Virus record (IMG/VR): IMGVR_UViG_2693429768_000006
Direction: 5' to 3' (one strand)
Length of the DNA stretch: 31,107 nucleotides
Source: a virus
Taxonomy: Duplodnaviria; Heunggongvirae; Uroviricota; Caudoviricetes
The notes beneath the pieces were generated by a model. It had not been told where the DNA came from. It did not search any database and saw only the letters and a list, made by a program, of their open reading frames with translations. Below, piece after piece: positions 18,463 through 29,047 of this stretch (the stretch's first letter is position 1; each line of letters begins with the position of its first letter). Made by a program: the position numbers and the translations under genes.

Positions 18463-19215
18463 TTACCCTGCAGCGCCCGCTTCAGTAACGGTGACTTCAG
18501 CCACTGCGGCGAACTGACCATTTCCGCTCACCACAGGGATCTGCACCTTACCTGTCGCCACGCCGTTTACCGTAATTGTCATATCTTTCACACTAATGGT
18601 GGCTTTCGACGGATCGGCGGAAACCGCTCTGAACGTCTTGTCGGTTGCACTTTCCGGCTCAAAAGAAACCGTCAGGGTGGTTGTTTTCCCTTTTGCCACC
18701 GTACCGGATGTCGGCGTCACCTTAATCGCACTGACCGGCGTAATTTTGCTGCGTTCTTCCGCTACAGAAGGTTTACCCACGTTAGTGACTTTCACCGTGC
18801 GGGTGATCACTTCTTTCGCCGTCACGGCCTTACCGATACTGCTGACCCAGCCACGAAACACATCCACCGTGCCATTCGGAAAACGGATTTTATAGGCCCG
18901 GACATCGCCGCTTTCAAACCAGCCTATAAGCCCTTTCTGGCCTTCCTCTCCCGGTTTCCAGGCCAGCGTAAAACTGGTATCACCTGCAGATTTCTGCCCC
19001 TGCCCGGTCGCGGTCCAGTCCGCGTCTTCATCATCCAGGTAGTTATCATCGTAGGATTCTGCCGTCATCTCGCCCGGCGTCAGATCCTTCACCTTAGCCA
19101 GTCGCTGCCAGTCATCGTCTGACAACGGGTTTGCATAAGCATCACCCTTGCCGTTGTAAACCCACAGAGTGGTACCGGCACCTTTTACCGGCTCAAGGGG
19201 ATTTGGTGTTGCCAT
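18463..19215 (-). CDS. V: major tail tube protein V
   Basis: 250 aa; lambda gpV-like, including the C-terminal Ig-like segment. Confidence 0.9.
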   Translation of the reverse strand: MATPNPLEPVKGAGTTLWVYNGKGDAYANPLSDDDWQRLAKVKDLTPGEMTAESYDDNYLDDEDADWTATGQGQKSAGDTSFTLAWKPGEEGQKGLIGWFESGDVRAYKIRFPNGTVDVFRGWVSSIGKAVTAKEVITRTVKVTNVGKPSVAEERSKITPVSAIKVTPTSGTVAKGKTTTLTVSFEPESATDKTFRAVSADPSKATISVKDMTITVNGVATGKVQIPVVSGNGQFAAVAEVTVTEAGAAG

Positions 19216-19222
19216 ATCGTCC

Positions 19223-19618
19223 TCACATCTCGTATGTAATGGAATAAGTCAGATCTGCAGAACTCCATAACGCCATATCGTCATCACGACGATACTCATA
19301 GCCCTGCGTAACCATCGTGGTAATCAGTCCTGCCAGTGCCGGGATCGCGGTCATCGCCGGGTAAATCCGGCTTTCCATCCACTGATCAAGCTCTGAATCC
19401 GGTACCTGTGCCGGTAAAAACACCTCAATATGCAGCGTGGCCCGCCAGGTATCTGCATCCAGCTCTTCACCGGTATACTCTGCATCCGTCAGATAAACCG
19501 CGATCGCAGGAAAATCCTCTTCGTCAAAAACAACGGGGCGACCATCAAACAGCGTCGCCCCGTGTTCATGCTGCTCGAGTGCATCCAGCACTGCGGCACG
19601 AATGTCAGTGTGTTTCAT
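19223..19618 (-). CDS. U: tail terminator protein U
   Basis: 131 aa; [15 protein letters not shown]...[10 protein letters not shown] matches lambda gpU. Confidence 0.95.
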   Translation of the reverse strand: MKHTDIRAAVLDALEQHEHGATLFDGRPVVFDEEDFPAIAVYLTDAEYTGEELDADTWRATLHIEVFLPAQVPDSELDQWMESRIYPAMTAIPALAGLITTMVTQGYEYRRDDDMALWSSADLTYSITYEM

Positions 19619-20148
19619 CGTTTTATTGCAATCCTCAGTTGTTGTTTCAGCGCGTATGCCAGTTCTTTAGGCAGGCGTTCACGCCGGATACGGTCAACAT
19701 TCTCATCAAATGCCTGTTTCAGTGGGGCCGCCATCGGGATTTTCACCACATCAATGGGGTAACGGTTTTTCCCGGCCACACGCTGCATGACATGCCAGCG
19801 ACCATTTTTTAATCGCTGAATAAATGCCCGCTGATACCGATGCTGACCGGCTTTAAGTATGCTGTTCGGGCGACGCCCCAGCATCCTGATCCCCAGCTTA
19901 ATCACAGGGAGATCACCGCGGTTAACGATAATTCTGGCATTCGGATTTCTGACCGTCGCCCGTTTCAGTCTGGACCGTTCCTTAACCAGTTTCCGGCGAA
20001 TCTTTGTCTCCCGGGCAACCTGTGATGAAGACTGATTAATCGCCGTTGTGGCCACGCGGTTAATGGCCATTGCTGAAGCCGCCGGAATGGCGTTTTTACG
20101 AACCCGGCTCAGATTGTCAATCGCCTGATCAAGCCCTTTTATCGCCAT
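19615..20148 (-). CDS. Z: tail completion protein Z
   Basis: 177 aa; matches lambda gpZ (GRWHVMQRVAGKNRYPIDVVKIPMA). Confidence 0.9.
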   Translation of the reverse strand: MAIKGLDQAIDNLSRVRKNAIPAASAMAINRVATTAINQSSSQVARETKIRRKLVKERSRLKRATVRNPNARIIVNRGDLPVIKLGIRMLGRRPNSILKAGQHRYQRAFIQRLKNGRWHVMQRVAGKNRYPIDVVKIPMAAPLKQAFDENVDRIRRERLPKELAYALKQQLRIAIKR

Positions 20149-20163
20149 AATTTCACCCTGCGT

Positions 20164-20517
20164 TTATCGTCGCCGGTTAACTGCGGGTGGTTGACCACGG
20201 TTGAGCCAGAGATAACAGCTGCCCCCGTCATCCGGAGAAACACGATCCACCCAGAATATCTCACCATTAATGGTCAGCGTGTCACCACGCCGCACGGCAC
20301 GAACCGTATCCGTCCGCACAAATAATGACGGGCTGCTTCCTTCAATACGGACCCCGCCACCGGCAAACCCCAGCGACTCCGGATCATCAAAAACCCCCTG
20401 AACTTCGCTGCCACACTGTGCCCCCGAGGTGAACTGCGCACAGAGCCCCATCACTTCAACGATCGTACTGTCTACCCCGGCGAGGGCAGCATCAAAGGCA
20501 TTCTGAAAATCACGCAT
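20164..20517 (-). CDS. FII: head-tail connector protein FII
   Basis: 117 aa; C-terminus FWVDRVSPDDGGSCYLWL...PPAVNRRR matches lambda gpFII. Confidence 0.9.
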   Translation of the reverse strand: MRDFQNAFDAALAGVDSTIVEVMGLCAQFTSGAQCGSEVQGVFDDPESLGFAGGGVRIEGSSPSLFVRTDTVRAVRRGDTLTINGEIFWVDRVSPDDGGSCYLWLNRGQPPAVNRRR

Positions 20518-20893
20518 ATTCAGCCGTTCCGTGCTGTATCATGGCCGTTGCCAGTGATGATGGCACCAGAACACGCATACCCCGTAACGCCAGCTCAACG
20601 GGACGACCTGTCTCCGGGCAATACCCCATTACTTGCAGGCACTTCCGTACCCGGACGGCTTTAACATCATCCGGAGCATCCGTGTTGTTCAACTGCTCAC
20701 CATCGTCTGTGTGATTTTGATCAGCCCCGCTCTCATCAGAGTGCATAATGCCCTCCGGGGAAACAGCAAGCTCCTCTTCCCACTCAGACACACGTTGAGC
20801 AATATCCGCAGCACTCCCCGACATATCCGCCTCGCGCCCCAGCAGGTCAGCCAGTTGACGAAGACGATTCAGATTTTCTTCTTTTGTTGCCAT
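20510..20893 (-). CDS. FI: DNA packaging protein FI
   Basis: Start placed at ATG 20893 (MATKEENLNRLRQL...) with AGGAGG 5 nt upstream, rather than the upstream ATG of the ORF track; same position as lambda FI. Confidence 0.8.
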   Translation of the reverse strand: MATKEENLNRLRQLADLLGREADMSGSAADIAQRVSEWEEELAVSPEGIMHSDESGADQNHTDDGEQLNNTDAPDDVKAVRVRKCLQVMGYCPETGRPVELALRGMRVLVPSSLATAMIQHGTAEYA

Positions 20894-20944
20894 CTCAGCC
20901 TCCTGTGAAAAAAGACACGGGGGCATTTCGCCCCCGCTCACGGA

Positions 20945-21973
20945 TTATTTCACCTGTACCACCACAAACTCATCCGGATCCGGCAGCACCATCAGCGGAG
21001 CGGACTGCGTCATGGTGAATTCACAGGACGGATCGCCCACGGTCAGCCAGTGTTTCGGGTAACGGGAAGAAGCCACCACTCCTTCAGACAACGCCTGTGC
21101 ATCCTTAATGGCACCATAGCAACGAATCCCCTCTGCCGCCGTATTCCCCAACACCAGCATGCCCTCCGGCAGATAACGTTTTTCGGTACCGTCCTCTGCC
21201 ACATAAGACGTTTTCGCCACCACAATGGCCAGATCGCCGTAATACCCCTTGAAGGACACCACTGCGCCCAGATCTTTCACTGCCGTTTCGAGTTGTGAAT
21301 TTGAGCCGCGACGGGTATCCAGTTTTTCGCGGAACAGCTTAAAGCCATTCAGCAGACGCCAGACCGTACCGTCCATAATGGCGATATTCACAAGGCCGCT
21401 GGCCTGATCGCAGTAGAGGTCAATATCATGCGTCGGATCAAACGTATCACGGTCCTGCTCAGACCATTTTTTACCGTCAGCCTGCTCAATGTTATTTCCT
21501 TCAGAGCGCCCGAAATCCACCTCGACAGTATCAAACTGATCCCCTTCCATGGTGTATTTGCCATACAGCACGGCATTCACCGCCTGCATTTCTTCCACCT
21601 GGACAATGGCGTGCTCTTCCTGTTTGAGGTTATCGGTAATGATACGCAGACGACGGTAGGCCGGGTCGTTCAGCTGAGCCGGATCTTCACCAGGAAGGCG
21701 CTCAACCGCCTGCTGGTAATTAAATTCGTGTTTCGGCTTGACGTAGCCCGGACGTAACACGCGGGTTTCACCACCGCGATGGCGAAGCACTTTTCCTTCA
21801 ACGATCGGGGAGACATAGGCCGCCACCGGCGTTTTTCCGGTAATTTTGTCCAGCATCACCTCTTCGGTGTGGAAATTCACCGTACGGCGGAAAAACAGCT
21901 CCAGAAACAGCGCACGGAATTTCACTTTTTGTTCGGTATAACCGAGTAACTGGCGGGTCGTAAACAATCCCAT
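20945..21973 (-). CDS. E: major capsid protein E
   Basis: 342 aa; colinear with lambda gpE (KFRALFLELFF, LDTRRGSNS-LETAVKDLG, SAPLMVLPDPDEFV). Confidence 0.95.
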   Translation of the reverse strand: MGLFTTRQLLGYTEQKVKFRALFLELFFRRTVNFHTEEVMLDKITGKTPVAAYVSPIVEGKVLRHRGGETRVLRPGYVKPKHEFNYQQAVERLPGEDPAQLNDPAYRRLRIITDNLKQEEHAIVQVEEMQAVNAVLYGKYTMEGDQFDTVEVDFGRSEGNNIEQADGKKWSEQDRDTFDPTHDIDLYCDQASGLVNIAIMDGTVWRLLNGFKLFREKLDTRRGSNSQLETAVKDLGAVVSFKGYYGDLAIVVAKTSYVAEDGTEKRYLPEGMLVLGNTAAEGIRCYGAIKDAQALSEGVVASSRYPKHWLTVGDPSCEFTMTQSAPLMVLPDPDEFVVVQVK

Positions 21974-22030
21974 AAATCAGTTCCTTTCATTCAGAAATCA
22001 GTCAGGTCACCATGGTGGCCTGATAACGTG

Positions 22031-22378
22031 TTACGGCAGAGCCGCGTGACTCAGGGCTGTGCCGGCAAAGGCATTTGCCTTTTTGTGTTCATCCACACTG
22101 TCAGGCCAGCGGATTGCCTCCGTCGCAAAGGTCCCCGACTTGTAATAGGTCAGCACCGTCTCTGTGCCTTCAAGCGGCAGTACCAGTATGCCAACCGCAC
22201 TACCGGCTTTCTGTCCATCCCAGACCACCAGTTTCCCGGTGGCTTCATCCAGCATCAGGGGCGTCAGAGCCGGTGTTGCAGAAGAAATCCCGCTGCTGCC
22301 TGTGGCGGTATGAGCCGGATCATTACCGGCAAAAATACGTACTTCCGCACGCTGTTCAGTGATGGTTTTCGTCACCAT
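22031..22378 (-). CDS. D: head decoration protein D
   Basis: 115 aa; matches lambda gpD (DPAHTAT, TPLMLD, KLVVWDG, YKSGTF). Confidence 0.9.
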   Translation of the reverse strand: MVTKTITEQRAEVRIFAGNDPAHTATGSSGISSATPALTPLMLDEATGKLVVWDGQKAGSAVGILVLPLEGTETVLTYYKSGTFATEAIRWPDSVDEHKKANAFAGTALSHAALP

Positions 22379-22414
22379 TTTGTTAAAACCTCATATTGAT
22401 GGTCAGCACTGACT

Positions 22415-23920
22415 TCATGGCATGGCCATGAGCATTTTCACGTCCGCATCACCGTCTGCTGACGTCTGTGACACGCCACCCCGCACCGCTGCCGGTGAAT
22501 GATTCGCCATGAAATGTTCAAACAGGGCTGTTGTGGATGCAGAGACCGGTTCGGCCTTACCTGATCCCGCAGCCAGCACAGCCCGGGCGTTCTCCACGGT
22601 CATTCCCGGGCAGGCCGCCAGTTTTTCAGCCTGCGCTTCTGCCCCTTTTGCCTCATCCAGGGCCATGATCTGATCACGAAGCGAGGGCCCGGCATCCGCC
22701 AGTGGTGCAGCCGCCAGGATCGGGCGGGCTTTTTCCACCGTCATCTCCGGCATCGCCGCCAGCGTTGCCGCCAGTTGTTCACGACCGTTCGCTTCTTCAC
22801 ACGCCATAATGCGATCGGCTTCACTCTGCGCGGATGCCACCGGCTGCTGCGGTGCCGCCGCGGCCAGAATCGCCCGGGCCTGTTCAACGCTCATGCCCTG
22901 TTGCCCTGCCAGCATCGTGGCAAGCTGTTCACGTCCTTTCGCTTCCTGGCATGTCAGGATCCCCATCACTCGCTGGTTCTCCTGCACGGCGGCTTCCGTT
23001 GCAGTTAATTGCGGCATAGTGCCTCCTCTGACATTACTGTTCAGCGCCGTGGCCATCACACTGATGGCATCCGACGCATTGATTAATTCATCCGCCAGCC
23101 CGGCCTCAATGCCGGACTGACCTTCAAAAACAGCGGCCTCTGTTCCCGTGACTGCATCAACAGACAGACCGGTAAACATCGCCACTTTTTCGGCAAACAT
23201 CCGGCGCGCCGCATCAATCCGCTGCTGCATGTCCTGGCGAACCTCTGCCGGCAACGCTTCAAACTGATTGCCATCCACCTTGTGCGCCCCTGAGTAAATC
23301 AGCGTGATATCCACACCGGCCTGCGCCAGATGACCGGCATAGCTGACATGGCTCATCATCACGCCAATGGAACCGATACGGGATGTCTGGGTAACCAGCC
23401 GTCGGGAGCAGGCCGACGCCAGCAGCATGGCCGCAGAACAGGCCGTGTCATTACACAGTGCCCAGACCGGCTTCTGCTGCCGGAGGCGGTAAATCATGTC
23501 AGCGCAGTCAAACGCGCCGGCGGCCTGCCCGCCCGGACTGTCAATGTCCAGCAGTATGCCCCGCACCTGGCTATCTGCCATTGCCTGCTGAAGACAGGCG
23601 ACAATGCCGTCATAGCCAGTCATTCCGGAAAATGGCCGCATCCCCCCCAGCCGGTGCACCAGCGTGCCGCTCACCGGCAGTACCGCAATACCGTTCACCA
23701 CCCGGTAAACACGGGCCGGTCGTTTACCTCCGGCCATGTACTCGTCCGTTTCAGCCAGCATTCCGGGAGCATCAAGCTGTACCTGCTGTTGTGGTACCGA
23801 AAGACTTGCTGCCCCCATCTCGCGCCCGAGCGCGCAAAAGAAAACCCGCGCATAGGCGGGCTCCAGAAGCAGCGGTTCATTGAATGCTGCGGCAATAATG
23901 TGTGAAAGATTACGTCTCAC
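22415..23920 (-). CDS. C: head maturation protease C (S49/ClpP-like) with nested scaffold Nu3 region
   Basis: 501 aa; N-terminal two-thirds colinear with lambda gpC; C-terminal scaffold part carries three tandem ~50-aa repeats. Confidence 0.9.
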   Translation of the reverse strand: MRRNLSHIIAAAFNEPLLLEPAYARVFFCALGREMGAASLSVPQQQVQLDAPGMLAETDEYMAGGKRPARVYRVVNGIAVLPVSGTLVHRLGGMRPFSGMTGYDGIVACLQQAMADSQVRGILLDIDSPGGQAAGAFDCADMIYRLRQQKPVWALCNDTACSAAMLLASACSRRLVTQTSRIGSIGVMMSHVSYAGHLAQAGVDITLIYSGAHKVDGNQFEALPAEVRQDMQQRIDAARRMFAEKVAMFTGLSVDAVTGTEAAVFEGQSGIEAGLADELINASDAISVMATALNSNVRGGTMPQLTATEAAVQENQRVMGILTCQEAKGREQLATMLAGQQGMSVEQARAILAAAAPQQPVASAQSEADRIMACEEANGREQLAATLAAMPEMTVEKARPILAAAPLADAGPSLRDQIMALDEAKGAEAQAEKLAACPGMTVENARAVLAAGSGKAEPVSASTTALFEHFMANHSPAAVRGGVSQTSADGDADVKMLMAMP

Positions 23921-25502
23921 GTGGTGTTGTCTCCTCTTCCGGCCTGCGACTCTCCGCTATCTGCTGCTGATACGCCTGCGCTATCCACACCGGACGTGAG
24001 AGTCCGGCTTTTTCCCGCTCTGCAGATTCCCTGACCTGCTGGCGGAAAATGTCCTGATAATCCTCGCCCATCAGCGCCAGCTCTTTCTCATACGTGCTCA
24101 GTCCGGCCTCAATGCGCATCACTGATTCCTGAACCTCCTTGAGCCCGTCAATGGCCATTCTTCCGGCTCCAATCCACTCAGCCCGTGACCAGGCTGATCG
24201 CGCCTGATAAAAATCAAAACGTGCCCGTGGCGGACGAATAATCCCCCGAAGAAGTGCCTCTTCCAGCCAGCAGGAAAACATCTGCGTGGCCAGCCGGGAC
24301 GCAATAAATTTTCGCCGCCCCATAAAATAGCGCCACGACTCATTGGCGGATGCGCGGGCACTTGAATAACTGACCTTCGAGTAATCACGGGACAACTGTT
24401 CGTAGGAAACGCCAAGACCGGCGGCGATATACCGCAGCAGCGCCTGTTCAAGCGCCGAAAATCCATTGTCTGAATCCTGCGCGGTCTGAAGTTTCAGATC
24501 ATCACCGGGGAAAAGGTGCGGAATTTTGACACCGCCCAGCGTCACGCTATTCGTGTCATACCAGGTGGAGAACTTATCCAGAATATTAATAAGCGGATTA
24601 TCCTTCTGCCCCTGCGGCGCACCGGCGATATATTCAAAGGCCTTTTCGGTATCAAGTTCACTTTCAATCGTCGCTGCATACATCGCCTTCACTATGGCCG
24701 ACTGAAGCTGTGTTGCCTGCAGGGAATCGAGCATCTTCAGCCGTTCCATGACGCTGTAAAACTGATTAGCCCCACGGGTCTGCCCGTCCTCCACCGGCTC
24801 GAAAATATGCAGCATGGCCGGACGCCCGGTGGGAAGTTCACGCGGGATCCGTTCCCATCGTCCACTACCAGAGAACGGAAAATCGTCCTCACAAATATGG
24901 TACGCGACGGCACGGCCATATCGATCGACCTCCACACCGGCCCGCAGAAAACGGTTCCCCATACCGTGTCCAGGCGTGTCCACCCGTTTCGGACTCACGG
25001 CTTTAAAACGCGTACGGAATAACTGCGTGGTTTCCGTATCCCAGACCGGCTGCACAAAGATTTCGCCGTTAAACGCATGAACGCCCACACCTTCACGGAT
25101 AAATTCCGTGAACGTGCGTTTTCCTTCCACGTCGATCTCGCCAAACATCCCTTCGGCGTATTCCGACCAGGCCGCCTCCACCTCATCGACAAAGCTTTTT
25201 GCTGCGGTCTCCCGCATCCCCAGCCAGCGCCAGTTCGGACGGTAGCTGATCAGAAACATATGCCCGACAATGTGATCCTTATGCAGAGCCACCGCATTAG
25301 CCGCTATTCCGTTATTGCGCACCAGATCATCTGCCCGGGCATTCCCCAGACGCAACGCGGGTAGCAGGGCCGCATCGGCACTCTGCGCCGGTGGCAACCA
25401 CTCAGCCATTTGCCCGCCAAATCCTGCACCGCCCCCGTTGTAGCTGAGACTCTCACGAAGCGGAACGCCGTTCACATCAATCAGGACAGGCGTTCGTTTC
25501 AT
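23910..25502 (-). CDS. B: portal protein B
   Basis: 530 aa; colinear with lambda gpB. Confidence 0.95.
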   Translation of the reverse strand: MKRTPVLIDVNGVPLRESLSYNGGGAGFGGQMAEWLPPAQSADAALLPALRLGNARADDLVRNNGIAANAVALHKDHIVGHMFLISYRPNWRWLGMRETAAKSFVDEVEAAWSEYAEGMFGEIDVEGKRTFTEFIREGVGVHAFNGEIFVQPVWDTETTQLFRTRFKAVSPKRVDTPGHGMGNRFLRAGVEVDRYGRAVAYHICEDDFPFSGSGRWERIPRELPTGRPAMLHIFEPVEDGQTRGANQFYSVMERLKMLDSLQATQLQSAIVKAMYAATIESELDTEKAFEYIAGAPQGQKDNPLINILDKFSTWYDTNSVTLGGVKIPHLFPGDDLKLQTAQDSDNGFSALEQALLRYIAAGLGVSYEQLSRDYSKVSYSSARASANESWRYFMGRRKFIASRLATQMFSCWLEEALLRGIIRPPRARFDFYQARSAWSRAEWIGAGRMAIDGLKEVQESVMRIEAGLSTYEKELALMGEDYQDIFRQQVRESAEREKAGLSRPVWIAQAYQQQIAESRRPEEETTPRET

Positions 25503-25705
25503 AACCTCACTCCCAGCGGACGACGGCGACGCCGGGTTGTCCCCAGTACCGACTCCGCATCATTGATCGCCCGGTTAAGCTCATCCAGAGAAGCCGCCGT
25601 ATATTCAATTCTGCGACCATCTTTCTGGACAGACACCACCCGTTTACCGGTTAATAAATCAAGGCGCGCCTGACGCAGCGCCTGCAGTTCAGCGACTGTA
25701 ACCAT
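25499..25705 (-). CDS. W: head-tail joining protein W
   Basis: 68 aa; LLTGKRVVSVQKDGRRIEYTA matches lambda gpW. Confidence 0.9.
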   Translation of the reverse strand: MVTVAELQALRQARLDLLTGKRVVSVQKDGRRIEYTAASLDELNRAINDAESVLGTTRRRRRPLGVRL

Positions 25706-27617
25706 TCACTCCTCCGGACAGCTTCGCTGCCAGTTCTTTAAGGGTTGGCCGGGTCGTCTCTTCTTCCCGGGATTTTGCCAGTACAGCCAGATCAAGCTGC
25801 CAGCGTTGCACGGACACACGTAATGCCGCGTAGGCATACACCAGGCAGTCCAGCGCTTCGTTACGCCGCTTTTTGTTATCCCACAGCAGACGCATCTTTC
25901 CTTTTTCCCACTTCTCCACAAGCTCTTCCGCGACCAGTTGCTGCGCCTCTGTCTGCGAAAAAATCTCCGGATCATCAGGAAAACGGATGGCATACGACGT
26001 GGCTTCATCCACAGGCGTGGGATCGGCTTTCATACGGGCATAGAGAATTTCTTTTGCGGTGTCCGTCCCCACTTCACACAGATACACGCCCCGCTGATTG
26101 CGGGTTTTTGGCATGGTGATCACCGGCTTGCCATAGACAGATGCGCCTTTTACCGGCAGCACCCGGAAAACACCGTGTTTTTTTGACCTCTGATAAACGA
26201 TTTCGCCATCGATCCCCCCGATGTCCCAGCAGACACGGGAAATAGTCATTTCGGTTCCGTCTGCATGGCGGTATTTTTTGTTGATCGCCGCATCCACACG
26301 TAACAGCGTCTCTTCCTCATCGGGACGCCCCATAATGATGATTTTATCCACCAGAAAGGCTTCCTCTCCCGGAGCCCATCCCCAGACATACATCTCAAAA
26401 CGGTTTCGCTGCGAGTCAATGCCCGCCGTCAGATAAACCACCCGGGCAGGCACCGCCGCCGTGTAACGCACAACCTTATCCATCAGTACCTGGTGATCGA
26501 TTTTTTCGCCCACAGCCTCTTCCCAGGTCTCGCCCAGCGTGGTGTTCACAAAGGTTTTCAGGCCGTTGGGATCTTTCAGTGCATCCAGCCAGTCATAGAC
26601 AATCTGTACCCAGGTGGTGAACGGACTGTACGCCGTCCAGATATGGAAAGTGATGGAGCGCGGCGGCGGAATTTCATTACCCGCAGCGCTGAAAAACGTC
26701 AGGCCGTCACGGGTCCACATGCCCGTGTTTTCACAGATCCACCGCCCGTTACTCTGGTCCAGTTCAGACTGATGGATCACGCAGCCATGATGCTCACAGA
26801 GGTAGAAAACGCTTTCGGGGCTGTCCTTCTCCCATTTAAGCCCAAAAGGCGTGGACTCATCGCCAAATTTCAGATACTGCTCCTCCCCACAGTGCGGACA
26901 GGGCACATAAAAACGCATGAAGTGTGCCGACTCGTTAGCGGCTTTTTCGATCTGGCAGGAGCCTTTGATTTTAGGAGTCGAGCCGCGAATGGATTTGGGC
27001 CATACAGAGCCCTCAATACGTTTATCCCCCAGCAGGGTTGGCGAACCCTCTTTTTCAACATCCGGTTCGAACGAGGAAAGCTCGTCATAACAGACCACAT
27101 CCACGGATTTTTCACGGTAGTTTTTTGCTGCCGCTCCCCCCAGACACCAGAAACCCACACCGGAGGAAAAACGCTTCAGGGTGAGCGTATTATCGCGGTG
27201 TTTTCTTCCGAACCATGGAGCCAGCTCCAGCAACGCAGGAACCTCCCTTATCGTTGGCTCAACATGAGATTTCATAAAATCTTCAGCAGCTGAGTCCGTG
27301 GGCTGAAAAAGAAGGCTGTTGCGTGATTTATGCTCAATAAAATAAGCCTCCACTCCCAGCAACATCTTTGTATAACCAACACGGGCAGATTTAATCAGGT
27401 TAACAGTGCGAATCAAATCGTTGCCCATACAGTTCATGATGCCAACCTGAAACGGCAGTGTTTCCCACCGCCCCGGGGTATAAGACGACTCTTTAGGAAG
27501 GTAATAATGTTTATTGGCCCACTGAACTGTCGTCAGTGGAACAGGAATAATGAGAGATAAAAGCCCTGTTGCTATCGCACCGGCTGCATTAGCTGCCTTC
27601 TGCGCGTCTGAAATCAT
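25689..27617 (-). CDS. A: terminase large subunit A
   Basis: Colinear with lambda gpA; start placed at MISDAQKA... (27617) by alignment with lambda. The ORF-track ATG at 27659 is an alternative. Confidence 0.9.
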   Translation of the reverse strand: MISDAQKAANAAGAIATGLLSLIIPVPLTTVQWANKHYYLPKESSYTPGRWETLPFQVGIMNCMGNDLIRTVNLIKSARVGYTKMLLGVEAYFIEHKSRNSLLFQPTDSAAEDFMKSHVEPTIREVPALLELAPWFGRKHRDNTLTLKRFSSGVGFWCLGGAAAKNYREKSVDVVCYDELSSFEPDVEKEGSPTLLGDKRIEGSVWPKSIRGSTPKIKGSCQIEKAANESAHFMRFYVPCPHCGEEQYLKFGDESTPFGLKWEKDSPESVFYLCEHHGCVIHQSELDQSNGRWICENTGMWTRDGLTFFSAAGNEIPPPRSITFHIWTAYSPFTTWVQIVYDWLDALKDPNGLKTFVNTTLGETWEEAVGEKIDHQVLMDKVVRYTAAVPARVVYLTAGIDSQRNRFEMYVWGWAPGEEAFLVDKIIIMGRPDEEETLLRVDAAINKKYRHADGTEMTISRVCWDIGGIDGEIVYQRSKKHGVFRVLPVKGASVYGKPVITMPKTRNQRGVYLCEVGTDTAKEILYARMKADPTPVDEATSYAIRFPDDPEIFSQTEAQQLVAEELVEKWEKGKMRLLWDNKKRRNEALDCLVYAYAALRVSVQRWQLDLAVLAKSREEETTRPTLKELAAKLSGGVNGYSR

Positions 27618-28137
27618 CGATCCACCCGCCCACGTTTTCACCGGCCTTAGCTGAAACATTGGAGGCTTTCGCGATTTCAGTTTTCACCACATCAAGGTGT
27701 GATGGTGAAATGTCCGGATATTTACGCTGTAATGTCAACGGCACACGCACAAGTATCCCCGAAATCTCCTGTGCCACACGTTGCAGAATGAAGGTAAACA
27801 GTTCAGTTTCCAGCACTACTCCGTCTTCACGGGCATTTTTCAGTTCCTGCGCATCTGCCTGCGCTTTTGTGAGCCGGTAGCGTTCATAGTCAATGGTGCC
27901 GGGTTGTAAATCTGACTCCGCTGCCGCACGCAAATCGTCCAGTTCTTTGCGGAGCTTTTCGTTTTCGATATCAGTTTCCCTCTGCGCATACCACTGAATT
28001 GCCATGGCAGTATCAAATACAGATTCAATGCCCTTACTACCTTTGGAGGCGCAAGGGAGTCCCTGAGACTGCCAGCGTTCAATCGTCCGCGGGTCCACGT
28101 TGAAAATTTCGGCAAGCCTCTTTTTATTAACCTTCAT
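27589..28137 (-). CDS. nu1: terminase small subunit Nu1
   Basis: 182 aa; [12 protein letters not shown]...TIERWQ... matches lambda gpNu1; overlaps the A start as in lambda. Confidence 0.95.
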   Translation of the reverse strand: MKVNKKRLAEIFNVDPRTIERWQSQGLPCASKGSKGIESVFDTAMAIQWYAQRETDIENEKLRKELDDLRAAAESDLQPGTIDYERYRLTKAQADAQELKNAREDGVVLETELFTFILQRVAQEISGILVRVPLTLQRKYPDISPSHLDVVKTEIAKASNVSAKAGENVGGWIDDFRRAEGS

Positions 28138-28162
28138 GAAAACAACCCATTATCAAATACAA

Positions 28163-28217
28163 GGCCCGACATGAAAACGCCAGAAAAAGGCATTTTCGGA
28201 CACTTTCATGTCGGACC
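28163..28217. other. cosB-like region: 13-bp inverted repeat flanking an A/T-rich spacer
   Basis: GGCCCGACATGAAAA ... TTTTCATGTCGGACC between the Nu1 start and cosN; resembles the opposed R3/R2 terminase-binding elements around an IHF site in lambda cosB. Confidence 0.4.
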
Positions 28218-28313
28218 TTTACGGATGCAATATAAAAAAAAACAAAAAGTTATATTCGAGAAGTACCGACACGATTTTCCCTGAAAAATTTTCATAAATA
28301 GTGAAAAACCGCG

Positions 28314-28325
28314 AGGTCGCCGCCC
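28314..28325 (-). other. cosN cohesive-end site (12-nt)
   Basis: Minus strand reads CGTTACGGGGCGGCGACCTCGCGG; GGGCGGCGACCT is identical to the lambda cohesive end, followed by lambda-like TTTTCACTATTTATGAAAATTTT. Confidence 0.85.
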
Positions 28326-28358
28326 CGTAACGGCCCGGATCGCCGGAAAGGACCCGCA

Positions 28359-28381
28359 AAAATGATAATGGTTATCATTTT
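28359..28381. repeat. perfect 23-bp palindrome near the cosQ position
   Basis: AAAATGATAA-TGG-TTATCATTTT, 10-bp arms, about 35 bp from cosN on the lysis-gene side. Confidence 0.4.
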
Positions 28382-28578
28382 CAATGTAGTCCAGTTTCTT
28401 CCACCATCGCACCGGACAGGCGACTATGAGGGGACAACGCCGCGCTCCGTTAACGCGGTAAACCCCGGTGTGTATCGTTTTTGATTATCCCCGCACACTC
28501 GCGCAGAGGAGTCTCCCGGTCGGGCTGCGGTCTCTGTTAATGCGGGGATACGGCGACAATACCGCGCATCAGCAAAAC

Positions 28579-29046
28579 TTATTTCAGGCACTGAGTGCGG
28601 ATATATTCCTGCGCCACTTCCAGCTGCTTCTGCATCAGCATCAACCGCTCTCTGAGAGTGAAATAATCCCGTTCAGCGGTGTCTGCCAGTCGGGGGCCGG
28701 TTGCATTATCCACGCCGGAGGTGGTGGGGGCTTCACGCACGGTACCGGGGCAGGTGGCGTTGATCCGCAGGCGCTTACGACCAGCGGCAACGTCAGCGCG
28801 CAGAGTTTCATTTTCAGCTCTCGCATCGGCTAATTCCCTCGAGTATCTGGCATCAAGTGCAGCAACATCACGCTGGCGCTGCTGCATATCAGTAATGGTT
28901 GCATTTGCCTGCTCCAGCTCACTGACTTTTTTATCGCGCTGCTCTTTGTAGGTTATGGCGTTATCACGGTAATGATTCAGCCCCAGACTAAGCGCACCAC
29001 AGGCCACCAGCAGGGCAATGATGACCACGCACAGTACGCGGTTCAT
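28579..29046 (-). CDS. Rz: i-spanin Rz
   Basis: 155 aa; N-terminal TM then NHYRDNAITYK...RLADTAERDYFTLRERL matches lambda Rz. Confidence 0.95.
   Translation of the reverse strand: MNRVLCVVIIALLVACGALSLGLNHYRDNAITYKEQRDKKVSELEQANATITDMQQRQRDVAALDARYSRELADARAENETLRADVAAGRKRLRINATCPGTVREAPTTSGVDNATGPRLADTAERDYFTLRERLMLMQKQLEVAQEYIRTQCLK
28641..28826 (-). CDS. Rz1: o-spanin Rz1 (lipoprotein) embedded in the +1 frame of Rz
   Basis: 61 aa; lipobox VVSAC then a proline-rich segment and CVKPPPPPAWIMQP...DWQTPLNGIIS matching lambda Rz1. Confidence 0.9.
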   Translation of the reverse strand: MRELKMKLCALTLPLVVSACGSTPPAPVPCVKPPPPPAWIMQPAPDWQTPLNGIISLSESG

Positions 29047-29047
29047 T

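Noticed and set aside
17788-19122. 444-aa plus-strand ORF antisense to T, G and V
   Set aside because: Entirely antisense to three well-supported lambda tail genes; Arg/Cys/His-rich translation typical of a reverse-strand artefact.
28206-28833. ORFs 28206..28412 (minus) and 28468..28833 (plus) near cos and Rz
   Set aside because: The first spans cosN/cosB regulatory DNA; the second is antisense to Rz/Rz1. Neither has a credible start or a recognisable product.
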